NCBI GenBank assembly: GCA_002104905.1
Contig: MCFE01000395.1
Span: forward strand, 18,027-82,026
Source of the DNA: Basidiobolus meristosporus CBS 931.73
Taxonomy: Eukaryota; Fungi; Basidiobolomycota
DNA length: 64,000 nucleotides
Reading direction: 5' to 3'
Shown: in pieces, positions 25,201 to 37,000 of the stretch
Layout: the number at the start of each line of letters is the position of its first letter
Numbering within the stretch: the first letter of the stretch is position 1
Made by a program: the position numbers and the translations under genes
The notes under the pieces: model-generated
Told to the model about the DNA's origin: nothing
What the model saw: only the letters and a program-made list of their open reading frames with translations
The model's database searches: none

Positions 25201-26930
25201 GCTATTTCCAGATCCAGCGACTAGACTTTAAGGAAACATTTGCTCCGGTTGCCAAGTTTAACTCTATTAGGACAGTTCTAGCTCTGGCAGCTCTACACAG
25301 TCTAGATCTACACCAAATGGACGTCAAAACAGCCTTTCTAAATGGGGATCTGCAAGAAACTATATATATGGAGCAACCAGAAGGTTTTACCAATCCAAAT
25401 GGCCCCCATAAGGTGTACAAACTTAGAAAATTGTTGTATGGGCTTAAGCAGGCACCCAGAGCATGGTATAACAAGATTGACATAAATCTAGAGGAAATTG
25501 GTTTCTCTTGTAGCACTGCAGATCACAGAATATATGTAAAACAGCTCAAAAAGGGTGTGATCATCCTAGTTCTTTATGTGGACAACCTAATTATAGCTAC
25601 AAGTGACCAAGAGGCACTTAAACAGACTAAATCAGATCTCTTCAGCAAGTTTGAGATGAAAGATCCTGGAAAATTGAGTTATTTTCTTGGAATTGAGGTC
25701 AGATTTGACATACCTATGCAGAAAACTGTGCTGAGTTAGTCTAAGTGCATCAGGGACATTCTTAGACGCTTCAAAATGGAAAATTGCAAACCTGCAGTAA
25801 CCCCTATGTACAATAACCTGAAATTAAGCAAATCTCAGCCAGTTATAGATGAAAACAGCTCATATATGGACCAAAACTTTCCCTATCAATCAATGGTTGG
25901 TAGCTTAATGTACTTGATGGTGTCCACACGCCCAGATATTGCAGTGGCAGTTGGAATAGTCAGTCAATTCAGGCAGAATTATGGATCAGATCAAATTGCA
26001 GCAGTTAAACGGATTTTCAGATATCTACAAGGTACCATAAATATGGTACTGGGATACTCTGGAGCAGCTAATAGGCAAAAATTTGATGGTTATAGTGATT
26101 CAGATTGGGGTAGGGATCTGATTGACAGATGCTCTACCACAGGCTATGTATTTCTTTATGCTGGTGCAGCTATTACTTGGAATTGCAAGAAACAACCAAC
26201 TGTGGCCCTATCTACAACTGAAGCCAAATATATGGCTGCATGTCAAGCAACTAAGAAGGCTTTATGGCTACAAAAATTATTCAAAGACTTAGGTTTTGAT
26301 TCAGATGAACCAACATGTGTTTACAAGGATAATCAAAGTTGTATTTCATTAGCTAGAAATCCTACTAATTGTGCCAGAACTAAGCACATTGATATACAGC
26401 ATCACTTTGTGAGGGAAGCTCTAGAAAATAACTTAGTGGAGTTAGTTTACTGCCGAACTGACAAAATGGTGGCAGACATATTGACAAAACCACTAGCTAG
26501 ACCACAGTTTGAGATCCTTAGAGAGAAATTGGGATTAAGAAATTATTTAGTTGAGGGGGATTGTTGAAATATTGGACTAGTTGGTATCATTCAGCAGCTA
26601 AAAGCTTACTTAGCAATTCTAGACTAGTCTTAGTCACTGTAGGACTCATTTACTGCCTTAACTTTGCCACTTTCTCCAAATATATGATCTTTTTATTATT
26701 CCCCTATAGTCAGGATCAAATTAGCACTACTACCAAACATTATGTACCAACCCTGAAACTGCTACTGGATGCTCCTGAATATTGAAAAACCCTCCCTACT
26801 TAGTGTTACAGCTGTATTACTTCTACAAAGGTATAAATACTGAGCTTCTTTATGATTAAACAATAGTTCAACTATTATCACTATTTCTTGATAAGCTCCT
26901 TATATCCAAATCACTTCTTAAATTGCAACA
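22251..26930 (+). mobile_element. Ty1/copia LTR retrotransposon C2 (family A), full length, 4680 bp
   Basis: 369-bp LTRs 22251-22619 and 26562-26930 (about 22 differences), TSD ATTAT/ATTAC. Primer site GGTTATGAGCCCTG 22620-22633, PPT 26549-26560. Confidence 0.97.
22653..26567 (+). pseudogene. copia gag-pol polyprotein of C2 (in-frame stops)
   Basis: All domains present (gag, CCHC, PR, GAG-pre, IN, RT, RNase H with YSDSDW..EAKY..DNQS..HID). Broken by stops at about 23519, 23996, 24698, 25061 and 25739. Confidence 0.95.
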
Positions 26931-29900
26931 ATTACAAGTACTTAGTCATGTGTTTTGGCCTCACCAATGCCCCTGCAACTTTCATGACCCTGAAGCAGAC
27001 TGTCTTCCAGGAGTACTTAGACAAGTTTGTCATAATCTACCTAGATGATATACTGATATACAGCAAGACAGATGAGGATCACTTGGTGCACATTGAAAAG
27101 GTCTTGAAGAAACTAAGAGAGAACAAGCTATATGGCAAGCTTGCCAAGTGTGAATTCTTCAAGGAACATGTTGAATACCTGGGACACATAGTGACTAGCA
27201 CAGGAGTGACCTTAGACCCTAAGAAGGTTGAAGTTATCAACAACCTGAAGCAGCCCCATAGCATATCAGAACTCATATCATTCCTTGGAATGGCTTTCTA
27301 TTATTGGAGATTTGTCAAGTCTTTTGCAAGTATTGCAGCCTCTTTAACTGATATCCTCAAGAAAGACAATACCAACATGTGGGACATAGCTTGTCAGACT
27401 GCCTTCCAGACGCTCAAGAAAGAACTTGCTAAGCTTCCAAGCCTAAGAGTACCAGACTTCAAAAAAGTGTCCACTCTGTACACAGATGCTTCATATTATG
27501 CAATTGGTGGAGTGCTGAGCCAAGAACACAAGGGAAAGGACTACCTGTTGCCTTTGGATCCAAGAAACTGAACTCAGCAAAACAAAACTATTGAGTGCAT
27601 GAGCAGGAGATGCTTGCTTTAATACACTGTTTGAAGACATGGAGATGCTATATTGAAGGAGTCAAATGTACTGTGAAGACTGATCATGCCTCCCAGTAGT
27701 ATATATTTACTCAGAAGGTACTCTCTAGAAGAATGACAAGATGGGGTGAATACAATCATCAATTTGACCTGGAGAATGTCTACTGCCCTGGAAAAAACAA
27801 CAAGGTTTCTGATGCCTTATCAAAATTAGATCAAGTTTCACAACTCAACTTGGTGCATGAATCAGACTGGCCTAGCCTATTACCAAAGTACTTGGAGGAC
27901 CAAGCCATTCCCAAAGAGGTGGATGAAGATATCACAAAGATAATCCGTGATGAAGCCAGCAAATTTGCAGTACAGGATGAAACACTCTACCAAATTGTTG
28001 ATGGAAGCCCTATTGCCTATTGCCCTTATGTTTCTTGCCTGGATTTAATAACTAAGCTACACAATGGATATGGATATCTTGAAATTGAAGGAACCTATAG
28101 CCTTGTGAAAGCCAGAGCATGGTGGCCCAGAATGAAACAAGGCATTGAAAAGCTAGTGAAACATGCCCAAGTTGCCAAATCAACCAAGGCCAACCACAGA
28201 GAATTGCTGAACTTTTTACCTTGGAGCCTGTAAGACCATTTAAAAGATGTGGAATTGACTTTACTGGAAGACTGCCAACTACTAGGAAATGCAACTGATG
28301 GATCCTAATAGCAATTGACCATGCCACAAAATGGCCAGTGGCTAAAGCTGTACATATAGCCAGTGAACAAGAAGTTGCAAGTTTCATCTACCAGATCTTA
28401 TCTGATAGAGGAGCAAACTTTATGGCAAAGACATTAGAGGCTTACCTGGAAATGCATCAGATCAGACACTTGAAAACCTTGGTATATCACCCCAGAACTA
28501 ATGAGGTCACTGAGCGGTTTAATGGATTATTTGGAAAAATGCTGACCAAGAATGCAAATGGAGTTGTCAGTAGATGGGATGAATATATAGACCAAGCACT
28601 CTTTGCATGCAGAGTCAGAGTACACAACACCACCCAGCAATCACCTTTTACCTAGTGTATGGATGTGAACCAAGGATTCCAGGAGATCTCACACAACCAA
28701 AGCTTACAGACACCTTAGAAGATAAACTCAGTCAGCCAAGTAGACAACAGCAACTGGAACAAAGACGTCAAGAGGCACAGACCAAAGTATCTCAAAGTGC
28801 AGAAAAGATGAAGCAGCAATTTGATAAGACTATAGCACCAGAAGCATTGACAGTTGGGAACTTTGTATTGTTAAGAAACAACACTTGGAAGAAGTTTGAG
28901 CCACAATGGACAGGACCATTCAAGATCATCAGAGAATGTCCATTTGCAACTTACCAACTGGTGGACAAACAAGGCAACAACCAGGAAGACTTAGTGCATA
29001 GGGACAGACTCAAGCTTGCAAGACGTGCTAATAATACTGAACCATCAAGATATTGGTATCACAAGAAAAGAGATTCAGGAGAACCCTCTCAACCTTGGTA
29101 GGGGTGAATGTTATGATCTGCTGCTTGAATGTTTAAGTTAGATTAGTTTTTAGTCAAATCAATTAGTATATGTTTAGGTTATCAGTATATCAGTATTATC
29201 TAGCAAGTCAGTAGCATTAGTTAGCAAATGAATCAGCAGATCCTTATCAGACAGAAATAGATATTTAGTAGGATCTTATTCGGTGATGATGATGCAATCA
29301 AATGAGTCATCAGCCACAACCTACATTAGGAAATACAATTAGTCAGCAATTGATCTGGTAAAATATATATAAGGAGCTGCTGGAACCTGAATAAAAATCA
29401 GTTCAGGTTTTAGTGAATACAATACTAGCTAAACTCCCTATTCCCCTATAACTCTTATACCAAAACTTGTCACAACAGTAAGCAGGAAGCTATAGTTTTT
29501 TTTAACTCAAACTATATGTGGAATACCTAAGGTAGCAGTGGGTAAGCAAATAAAGAGGGGTGATTCTACAGTGGGATATATGGAATACACAAGGGGAGGT
29601 AGATAAAGGAAATACCATTTGGAAAATTGATATGGCAGCATTACATGGAGCTAGCTGTAGGCCACCATACTGCCATAATACTGCCATCCAAGGCTGGCAG
29701 AGAGGCCATCAAAACACCATCAAGTTTTTTGCCATATAAGGCATTTGGATATATTGGCTAGTTAGATCCACTCAAATAGTTTTAGCAGACCAGCACCACA
29801 ACAATGCCATGCCACCCTTGGCAAAACACTCTAGCAACATGGTTGTGTTTTTCAACTTTATTTTGCTGTAAATCAGCCAATTGCTATCATGATTCCATTG

Positions 29901-30131
29901 TAAGATTGTGTACATGGTCATTATTTCCAAGCTGCTGGTATTACAGCAGTCTCCTGGCCAGATCTTGATGGATTATCCAGATTTGATCCACCTGCAGGAC
30001 CAAACTCTTCTTTATGGGGTTGTTTTATGGGGTTGAGCAGGCACCCAAAGCATGGTTAAACAAGATTGACACATATCCAGAGGAGATTGGGTTCCCTTGT
30101 AGCACTGCAGTTCACTGTATCTGTGTGAAAC

Positions 30132-30500
30132 TGTTGCAATTTAAGAAGTGATTTGGATATAAGGAGCTTATCAAGAAATAGTGATAATAGTTGAACTGTT
30201 GTTTATTCATAAAGAAGCTCAGTATTTATACCTTTGTAGAAGTAATACAGCTGCAACACTAAGTAGGGAGGGTTTCTCAATATTCAGGAGCATTCTGTAA
30301 CAGTTTCAGGGTTAGTACATAATGTTTGGTAGTAGTGCTAATTTGATCCTGACTATAGGGGAATAGTGAAAAGATCATATATCTGGAGAAAGTGGCAAAG
30401 TTAAGGCAGTAAATGAGTCCTACAGTGACTAAGACTAGCCCAGAATTGTTAAGTAAATTTTTAGCTGCTGAATGATACCAAATAGTCCAATATTTCAACA
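30132..30500 (-). repeat. Solo LTR-A inserted in the RT relic of A'
   Basis: 369 bp, TG..CA, perfect TSD GAAAC. Confidence 0.95.
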
Positions 30501-32822
30501 GAAACAGCTTAAAATGGGAATAATTATCCTAATACTTTATGTAGACAATCTTCTATTAGCTATAAGTGATCAAGGGGCACTTAAACAGACAAAATGACAA
30601 CTCATCAGCAGGTTTAAGATGAAAGATCTTGGAATATCAAGCTATCTTCTTGAAATTAAAGTCAAATCTGACATATCTACACCAAATATTGTGCTGAATC
30701 ACTCTAAGTAGATTTGGGACATTCTTGATGCTTCAAAATGAAAAATTTTAAGCCTGGAGCAACCCCCTGGGACAATAATCTGAAATAGATTGAATCACAG
30801 CTTGTTCTGAATGAAAACAGCTCATATATGGGCCAATGAAATCCCTATCAATCAATGGTTGTTAGGCTGATGTAGCTAGGGGTGTGTACAAGTCCATATA
30901 TTACATTGACAGTTGGAATAGTCAGTCAACTCAGGATAAATATGCATCTGGTCAGATTTCAGCAGTTAAGCAAATCTGCAGATGTGTGCAAGGTACCATC
31001 AATATGGTTCAGAAATTATCCAGAGCAGACAATAGGCAAAGATTTAATGGCAATAGTGATTCAGATTGGGGTAGGGATCTAATTGACAGATGCCCTACCA
31101 CTGGGCACGTAATTCTATATGCTGGTTCAGTTTTTACTTGGAATTGCAAGAAACAACCATTTGTAGCCCTATCTACAACTGAGGCGGAATTCATGGCTGC
31201 TTGCCAAGCAACTAAGGAGGCTATATGGTTACAGATATTATCCAAAGGCCAAGGTTTCACTTTAAATGAACCAACATGTATCTACAAGGATAATCAAAGC
31301 TGTATTTCATCAGCTAGGAATTCTACTAATCATGCCAGTACCAAGCACATAGTTATATGACACCACTTTGTAAAAGAAGCTGCAGAAGGAGTTTAGTAGA
31401 GATAGCTTGCTGCCCAACTGAAAAAAAGATGGCAGATACATTGATAAAGCCACTACCTAGGCCACAATTTGAGAATTCTGGAGAGAAATTGCGATTAAGA
31501 AATTTATTTATTGAGGGGGAGTGATAGAATAATGGACTGTGTGGTATCATCCAGCAGCTAAAAACTCACTCAGCAATTCTGTACTAGTCCTAGTCACTGT
31601 AGGACTAATTTATAGCCCTAACTTTGCTACTTTCTTTCAGATCTAGAATCCTATGATTATTCCCCTATAGTCAAGATCAAATTAGCACTTTTATCATAGA
31701 CTAAGTACTGATTCTGAAGCTTCTACAGAGTGCTCCTTAAAGTAAAGATACCCTCCTTATTTGGTGCTGTATTTATACTGCTCCCGCAAAGGTATAGATA
31801 CTGCACTTCTTTATGAATAGGCAATAATGCAATCATTATTATTATCTCTTGATTTATTCCTTATTTCCAACACACTTTTAAATTACAACACCTCCTGAGT
31901 TGCTTGAAAAGCAGTCATATATTCTGCCTTACTTGTAGATATGGCTACAGTTGGTTGCTTCTTGTAATTTCAAGCAATAGCTGCACCAGCATAAAGAAAT
32001 ATATACATAGTAGTAGTGCATCTGTTGATTACATCTCTACCCCAATCTGAATATTCATAGCCAATAAATATTTTCCTATTGGCTGCTCAAAAGCATCCCA
32101 AAACCATATTAATGGCACTTTAGAGATATCTGAGAATTTGCTTAACGGCTGCAATTTGATCAGATCCTTAATGCTGCATGAATCAGCTGACAATTCCCAA
32201 TGCCACTGCAATATTTGGACATGTAGATACCATCAGGTATATCATGCTTCTAATCATTAATTCATAGGATAGGTTTTGGTCCATGCCTGAGCTCTTTTCA
32301 TCTGAAATTGGTTAAGATTTGCACAATTTCAGGTGATTGTCTATGAGGATTGCTCCTGGTTTGCAATTTTCCATTTTAAAGCCAATAAGAGTGTTCCTGA
32401 TGTGCTTGGACTAATTTAGAACAGTTTTCTGCATAGACATTCTAGATTTGACTGAGATTCCAAGAAAATAGCTAAATTTTTCATGACATTGCATCTCAAT
32501 CCTGCTGGAGAGTTGTGATCTTGTCTGTTTAAGTGCCTCCTGGTCACTTGTAGCTATTATTAGGTTGTTGACATAAAGTACCAAGATAATTAATCCCTTT
32601 TAAAGCTGGTCTACATTTATTCTCTGATCTGCAGTGCTGTAAAGGAACCCAACCTCCTCTAGATATGAGTCAATCTTGTTAATGTTGCAATATTCTGAGA
32701 AGTAATGGAGGTGATGCAGAAAACTACAGGATTTACATGTTATTCACTTGTAGATTTATTGTTCCAAAGTATGGTATTAATACTTTTGATAAAGTAGAGC
32801 AAACAAATTTGTAGGGTTTGTT

Positions 32823-33170
32823 TGTTGTAAGAGTCTTGGAGATATTGGAAGTGATTGGGAGAACAAGTAAATTATGGGGTTTTCACTTAATGATTTATTG
32901 AATGTAAAAGTATTATTTATACTTTTACCTGGTCTTGGCATTACAAACACGTGGAATAGGTTAAGGAAGGTCCCAAGAACATGTGTGCAAAGTTTGGGCT
33001 GTTTGGACAACTTTGAGAATTTTCATGTTCTGGGTACCTGGTATTTTGGTGAAAATATTCTAAGTAAATCCCAACAAGGAATTTGGTCAGTATTTTCCAG
33101 GATTTGAAGGTAATGATCTAAGTGACTAAGTTAGGTGAATATTTAGGTGGAAATACAAATTTTTACAACA
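32823..33170 (-). repeat. Solo LTR-C inserted in the 3' LTR of element D
   Basis: 348 bp, TG..CA, perfect TSD TTGTT. Confidence 0.95.
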
Positions 33171-36100
33171 TTGTTAAGGAAGGTCCCTGTTGTAGAAATA
33201 TGTAATTCCACCTGAATATTCACCTAACTTAGTTGCTAAGTTTTACCTTCATATCCTAGAGAATACTGACCAAATTCCTTGTTGGGATTTACTTAGAATA
33301 TTTTCATCAAAATACCAGGTACCCAGAACATGAAAATTCTCAAAGTTGTCCAAACAGCCCCAAACTTTGCACACATGTTCTTGGGACCTTCCTTCATATA
33401 TGCTATGTGCTTGTAATGCCACAACTATGTAAGCGTATAAATACCACTTTGACATTCAATAAATCAATAAGTGGGTACCACATAATCTACTTGTTCTACC
33501 AATCACTTCCAATATTGCCAACACTCTCACAACAGGTTATGAGCCCCAAGCTGTCACTCTCTGCCATGCAAACCACAGCTATTACTGGAATTTTTCCCTC
33601 TGCTGAAAAGTTGGATGGATCTAACTACCAAGTGTGGGAGGTGAAGATTTAGATGCTGCTACAAGAAAGAGGCTCTAGGGATATTGTCATGAGAGAAGAA
33701 TGCCCTACTAATGTGGGAGAGGAAGCCTTAGAGTACCAGAAGAAAGAACAGTGTGCCCTTAATTGCATATGCCCTAATGTTAAAGACAAATTGCTAACTC
33801 AATGCTCAAGCGCAAAAGTGGCAAAGAATGCCTGAAAGGCTTGAGAAGACACCTACCAGTCATGTTCAGCTGCCAAGAAGATGTATCTGAGACAAAAATA
33901 CTTTACTACAAAGATGCTGCCGGGAGAAGAAATGAAAAATCTAATTAACAGAATTACCCTGCTGGTAGATGAGATGGAATCTGTGGGTGTACCAACTGCT
34001 GATGAGGATGTGCTAGTTACCATCCTGAACAGTCTGAATGACAGGTTTCATGGCCTTGTATCAGCCCTAGAATCCAGAATGGAAGATTTGACCTTAAATT
34101 ATGTATTTGGAAGGCTCCTGGATGAAGAATCAAGAAAATCCAGTGCCAATAAGAAGGAAGAAGAAAGTGATTTAATATGCAATGTTAACCAACAAAGGAG
34201 GTACCCAAGACCTTACAAAGGCAGCAGCAGCTTGTTTTACAACTACTGCAAAAGGAAAGGACACACATCAGACTGGTGCTTTAAGAAGAAAGATATTCAG
34301 CAGAAAATGCCTGAATATGGAACTGCTGCAACATCTGAAGAGAGACTATTCATATCTGCACTAAATATGACTGCAAACAAGGATTCTCAGATGTGGTACA
34401 TTGAATCTGGAGCATCTCAACACTTTAAATACCAAAAAGTACTTTTACCCAATATCAAGAGATTCCAATTAAGCAGGTTTTCATGGGTCACTATAGAACA
34501 CTCAATGCAGTGGGAGAAGGAACAATACAAGTAAACCTAAGAAGCAGTGAAGGAAGCCATACACTGACCTTTAAAGAAGTACTCTATGCACTGGAAAGAG
34601 CCAAGAACCAATTATCTGTAAGCAAGGCCACTGCAGAAGGACTCAGTTTCAGCTTTGACAATTCTGGATTCAAGATTACTGATTGAATGGTGCCTATATT
34701 GCTTTTGGTATCAGAGATCAGAATCTATACAAGTTGACTTATATTCCATCATTTTTGAAGCCAATATAAGTAACTTATATGAAGTAACACAAATGCTTTG
34801 GCACAGGAAATTTGGGCACATCAATTTTGATTATATGCACAATATGATCAAAGATCAGCCAATTTCTGGAGTAAAAATTGATCCCCCAGCTATTTTGGAG
34901 CACTGTGAAGCCTGCATATATGGGGAACAAGCCAGACAATCATTCAGGAGCTTGGGGTTGATCAAAACTAAGAAAAAGTCAGATCTAATTCACTCATATT
35001 TGTGTGGACCTATGCAAGACTTATCCTTAGACAGGATAAAGTATTTAATCACCTTTATTGAGGATTATACAAGATACACATGGGTCTACTTCATGGAGAG
35101 AAAGGAAGAAGCTCTGTCTAAGTTCAGGGATTTTAAGGCCATGGTGGAGAGAAAAACTGGTGAAAAAATCAAGAAAAATACGCACCAACAATGGTGCAGA
35201 GTATACCTTAAAACTCTTGATTCACATCTGCAAAATTCATGGGATAAAGCAAGAGACTACTGTACCATACTCTCCACAGCAAGATGGAGTAGCAGAGTGT
35301 ACTAACAGATCCATAACTGACATGGCAAGGTCTATGATCCATGATCAAAAATTATCCTACAATTTTTGGGCGGAATCAGTTGCCACTGCTCTATACCTTA
35401 AAAATAGGAGTTATAACAGAATGCTTTGTGATTCTACTCCATTTAAAGCATGGTATGGATACAAACCAAGTGCAGAACATCTAAGAATATTTGGGTTTGC
35501 AGCATATGCCAAGAAACTGCCTAGAAATCAGTCAAAATTTGAGCCATAAAGTGTTAAATGCATATTTTTGAGCTACAGCAATGAGAGTAAAGCATACAGA
35601 CTCTACAATACCAAAGCCAAGAAGCTGATCAAGTACAGGGATGTACTATTTGATGAAAATTCAACATTTTTACAAAAAGTGACATCAGATGATCACAAAA
35701 ATCTGATCTCAAGTCCACCAATTGTCAGGATTGAATCAGAGCAAACTAATGAGAATTTTTTCACTCCAGAGGACACTACAACCATAGTTCAGCCAGAATC
35801 AGTGCCCAGGAATATCCCAGAAGTGATCATACCAGTATCAAATGCTCAGTGATCCAATTGGACAAAAAATAGTCCAAATTACTATATCAATGAGGGTATA
35901 TACTTCAACTATGCCTATTCAGTACATATTGATGAACCCTGGACTGTGAAAGAGGCCCTAATTAGCCCTCAGACAAAGTTTTGGAGATCTGCAATGACTG
36001 AGGAATATCAGGCCCTGATGGAAAATCAAACCTGTGACTTAGTTAAACTACCAATCAACCAAAAATTAATTGGATGCAGATAGGTCATCAATACAAAATA

Positions 36101-37000
36101 CAAGGCTGATGGTACAACCAAAAGATAGAAAGCAAGAGTTGTGGCCAAAGGATACTCTCAAAAAACAGGACTTGACTATACTGAGACCTGTGCACCAGTA
36201 GCCAAGCTTATTTCCATCAGTTTAATATTAGCTATTGAAGCCAAATATAAGTTTTTTATTCATCAAATGGATGTAAAAACTGCATTTTTAAATGCAGAAC
36301 TTGATGAGGATGTGTATATAGCCCAGCCCAATGGGTTTGTTGACCAAGATAACCCCCATTTGGTCTGCAAGCTTAAAAAGTCACTAAATGGTCTCAAACA
36401 ATCACCAAGAGCCTGGAATTGCAAGACAGATTTTTATTTGGAATCTTTGAGTTTCAAAAGGAGTAATGCTGACTATAGTATAAGCTATAAGCCAGATAGA
36501 GCCAATCCAGCTCTATTTGCTGTATATGTGGATGATCTTATTACAGTCACCAATAACATAAAAACATTGGAAGAGACTAAATCCAGCCTAGATAAGGAGT
36601 TCAAGATGTCCAATCTAAGAGGACTCAACTACTACCTAGGGATGAAGTTCTCCATCAACAGAAGTACCCAGACTATGACCCTAAGCCAATCCAAGTATAT
36701 TCAAGATATACTAAAGAGGTACCAAATGGAAGACTGTAAACCAGCAGCTACCCTAATGGAGACAAACCTTAACTTGGTCAAAACTTAGCCAAATCAAGAG
36801 AGCTTGGTGCCATCTGGAAGCCCTGACTTCCCTTATCAATCTATGGTCAGCAGTCTGATGTATATCATGCTTGGAACATGTCCAGATATCTCATTTTCAG
36901 TGGGAGTTGTCAACCAACATAATTAGAACTATGGATCTGATCATATTGCAGCAGTTAAGCAAATTTTTAGATACCTAAAAGGAACTGCTGATACCTACTT

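Larger units (their letters stand above)
19944..29474 (+). mobile_element. Ty3/gypsy LTR retrotransposon G2 (family B), interrupted in RT by copia C2
   Basis: LTRs 19944-20308 and 29109-29474 (about 17 differences), TSD ATAG/ACAG. Primer site TGGTAGCAGC 20310-20319, PPT 29097-29108. RT RYEHY|KYLVM is split by C2; YLDD motif present. Confidence 0.95.
9590..30010 (+). mobile_element. CACTA/En-Spm-like DNA transposon relic, copy 2 (interrupted by gypsy G1 and G2); boundaries approximate
   Basis: Contiguity across G1 (TSD CAGT) and G2 (TSD ATAG/ACAG). Transposase on + and a second ORF on -. TGCCA-rich short repeats at about 29630-29830. No CACTA terminus found. Confidence 0.6.
9162..31890 (+). 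mobile_element. copia element A' (family A-related), gag-IN region missing and occupied by CACTA copy 2
   Basis: LTRs 9162-9528 and 31522-31890, primer site GGTTATGAGCCCT 9529-9541, PPT 31511-31521. TSD CCTTC/CCTCC (9157-9161 and 31891-31895). RT-RNase H relic about 30020-31510. Confidence 0.8.

Noticed and set aside
28900-29101. Chromodomain at the end of gypsy pol
   Set aside because: The frame ends about 55 residues after WTGPF with no aromatic-cage pattern.
19944-29474. Nested C2 has more diverged LTRs (about 22/369) than its host G2 (about 17/366)
   Set aside because: The difference is within sampling noise for hand counts on LTRs of this length, so it is not evidence against the nesting order.
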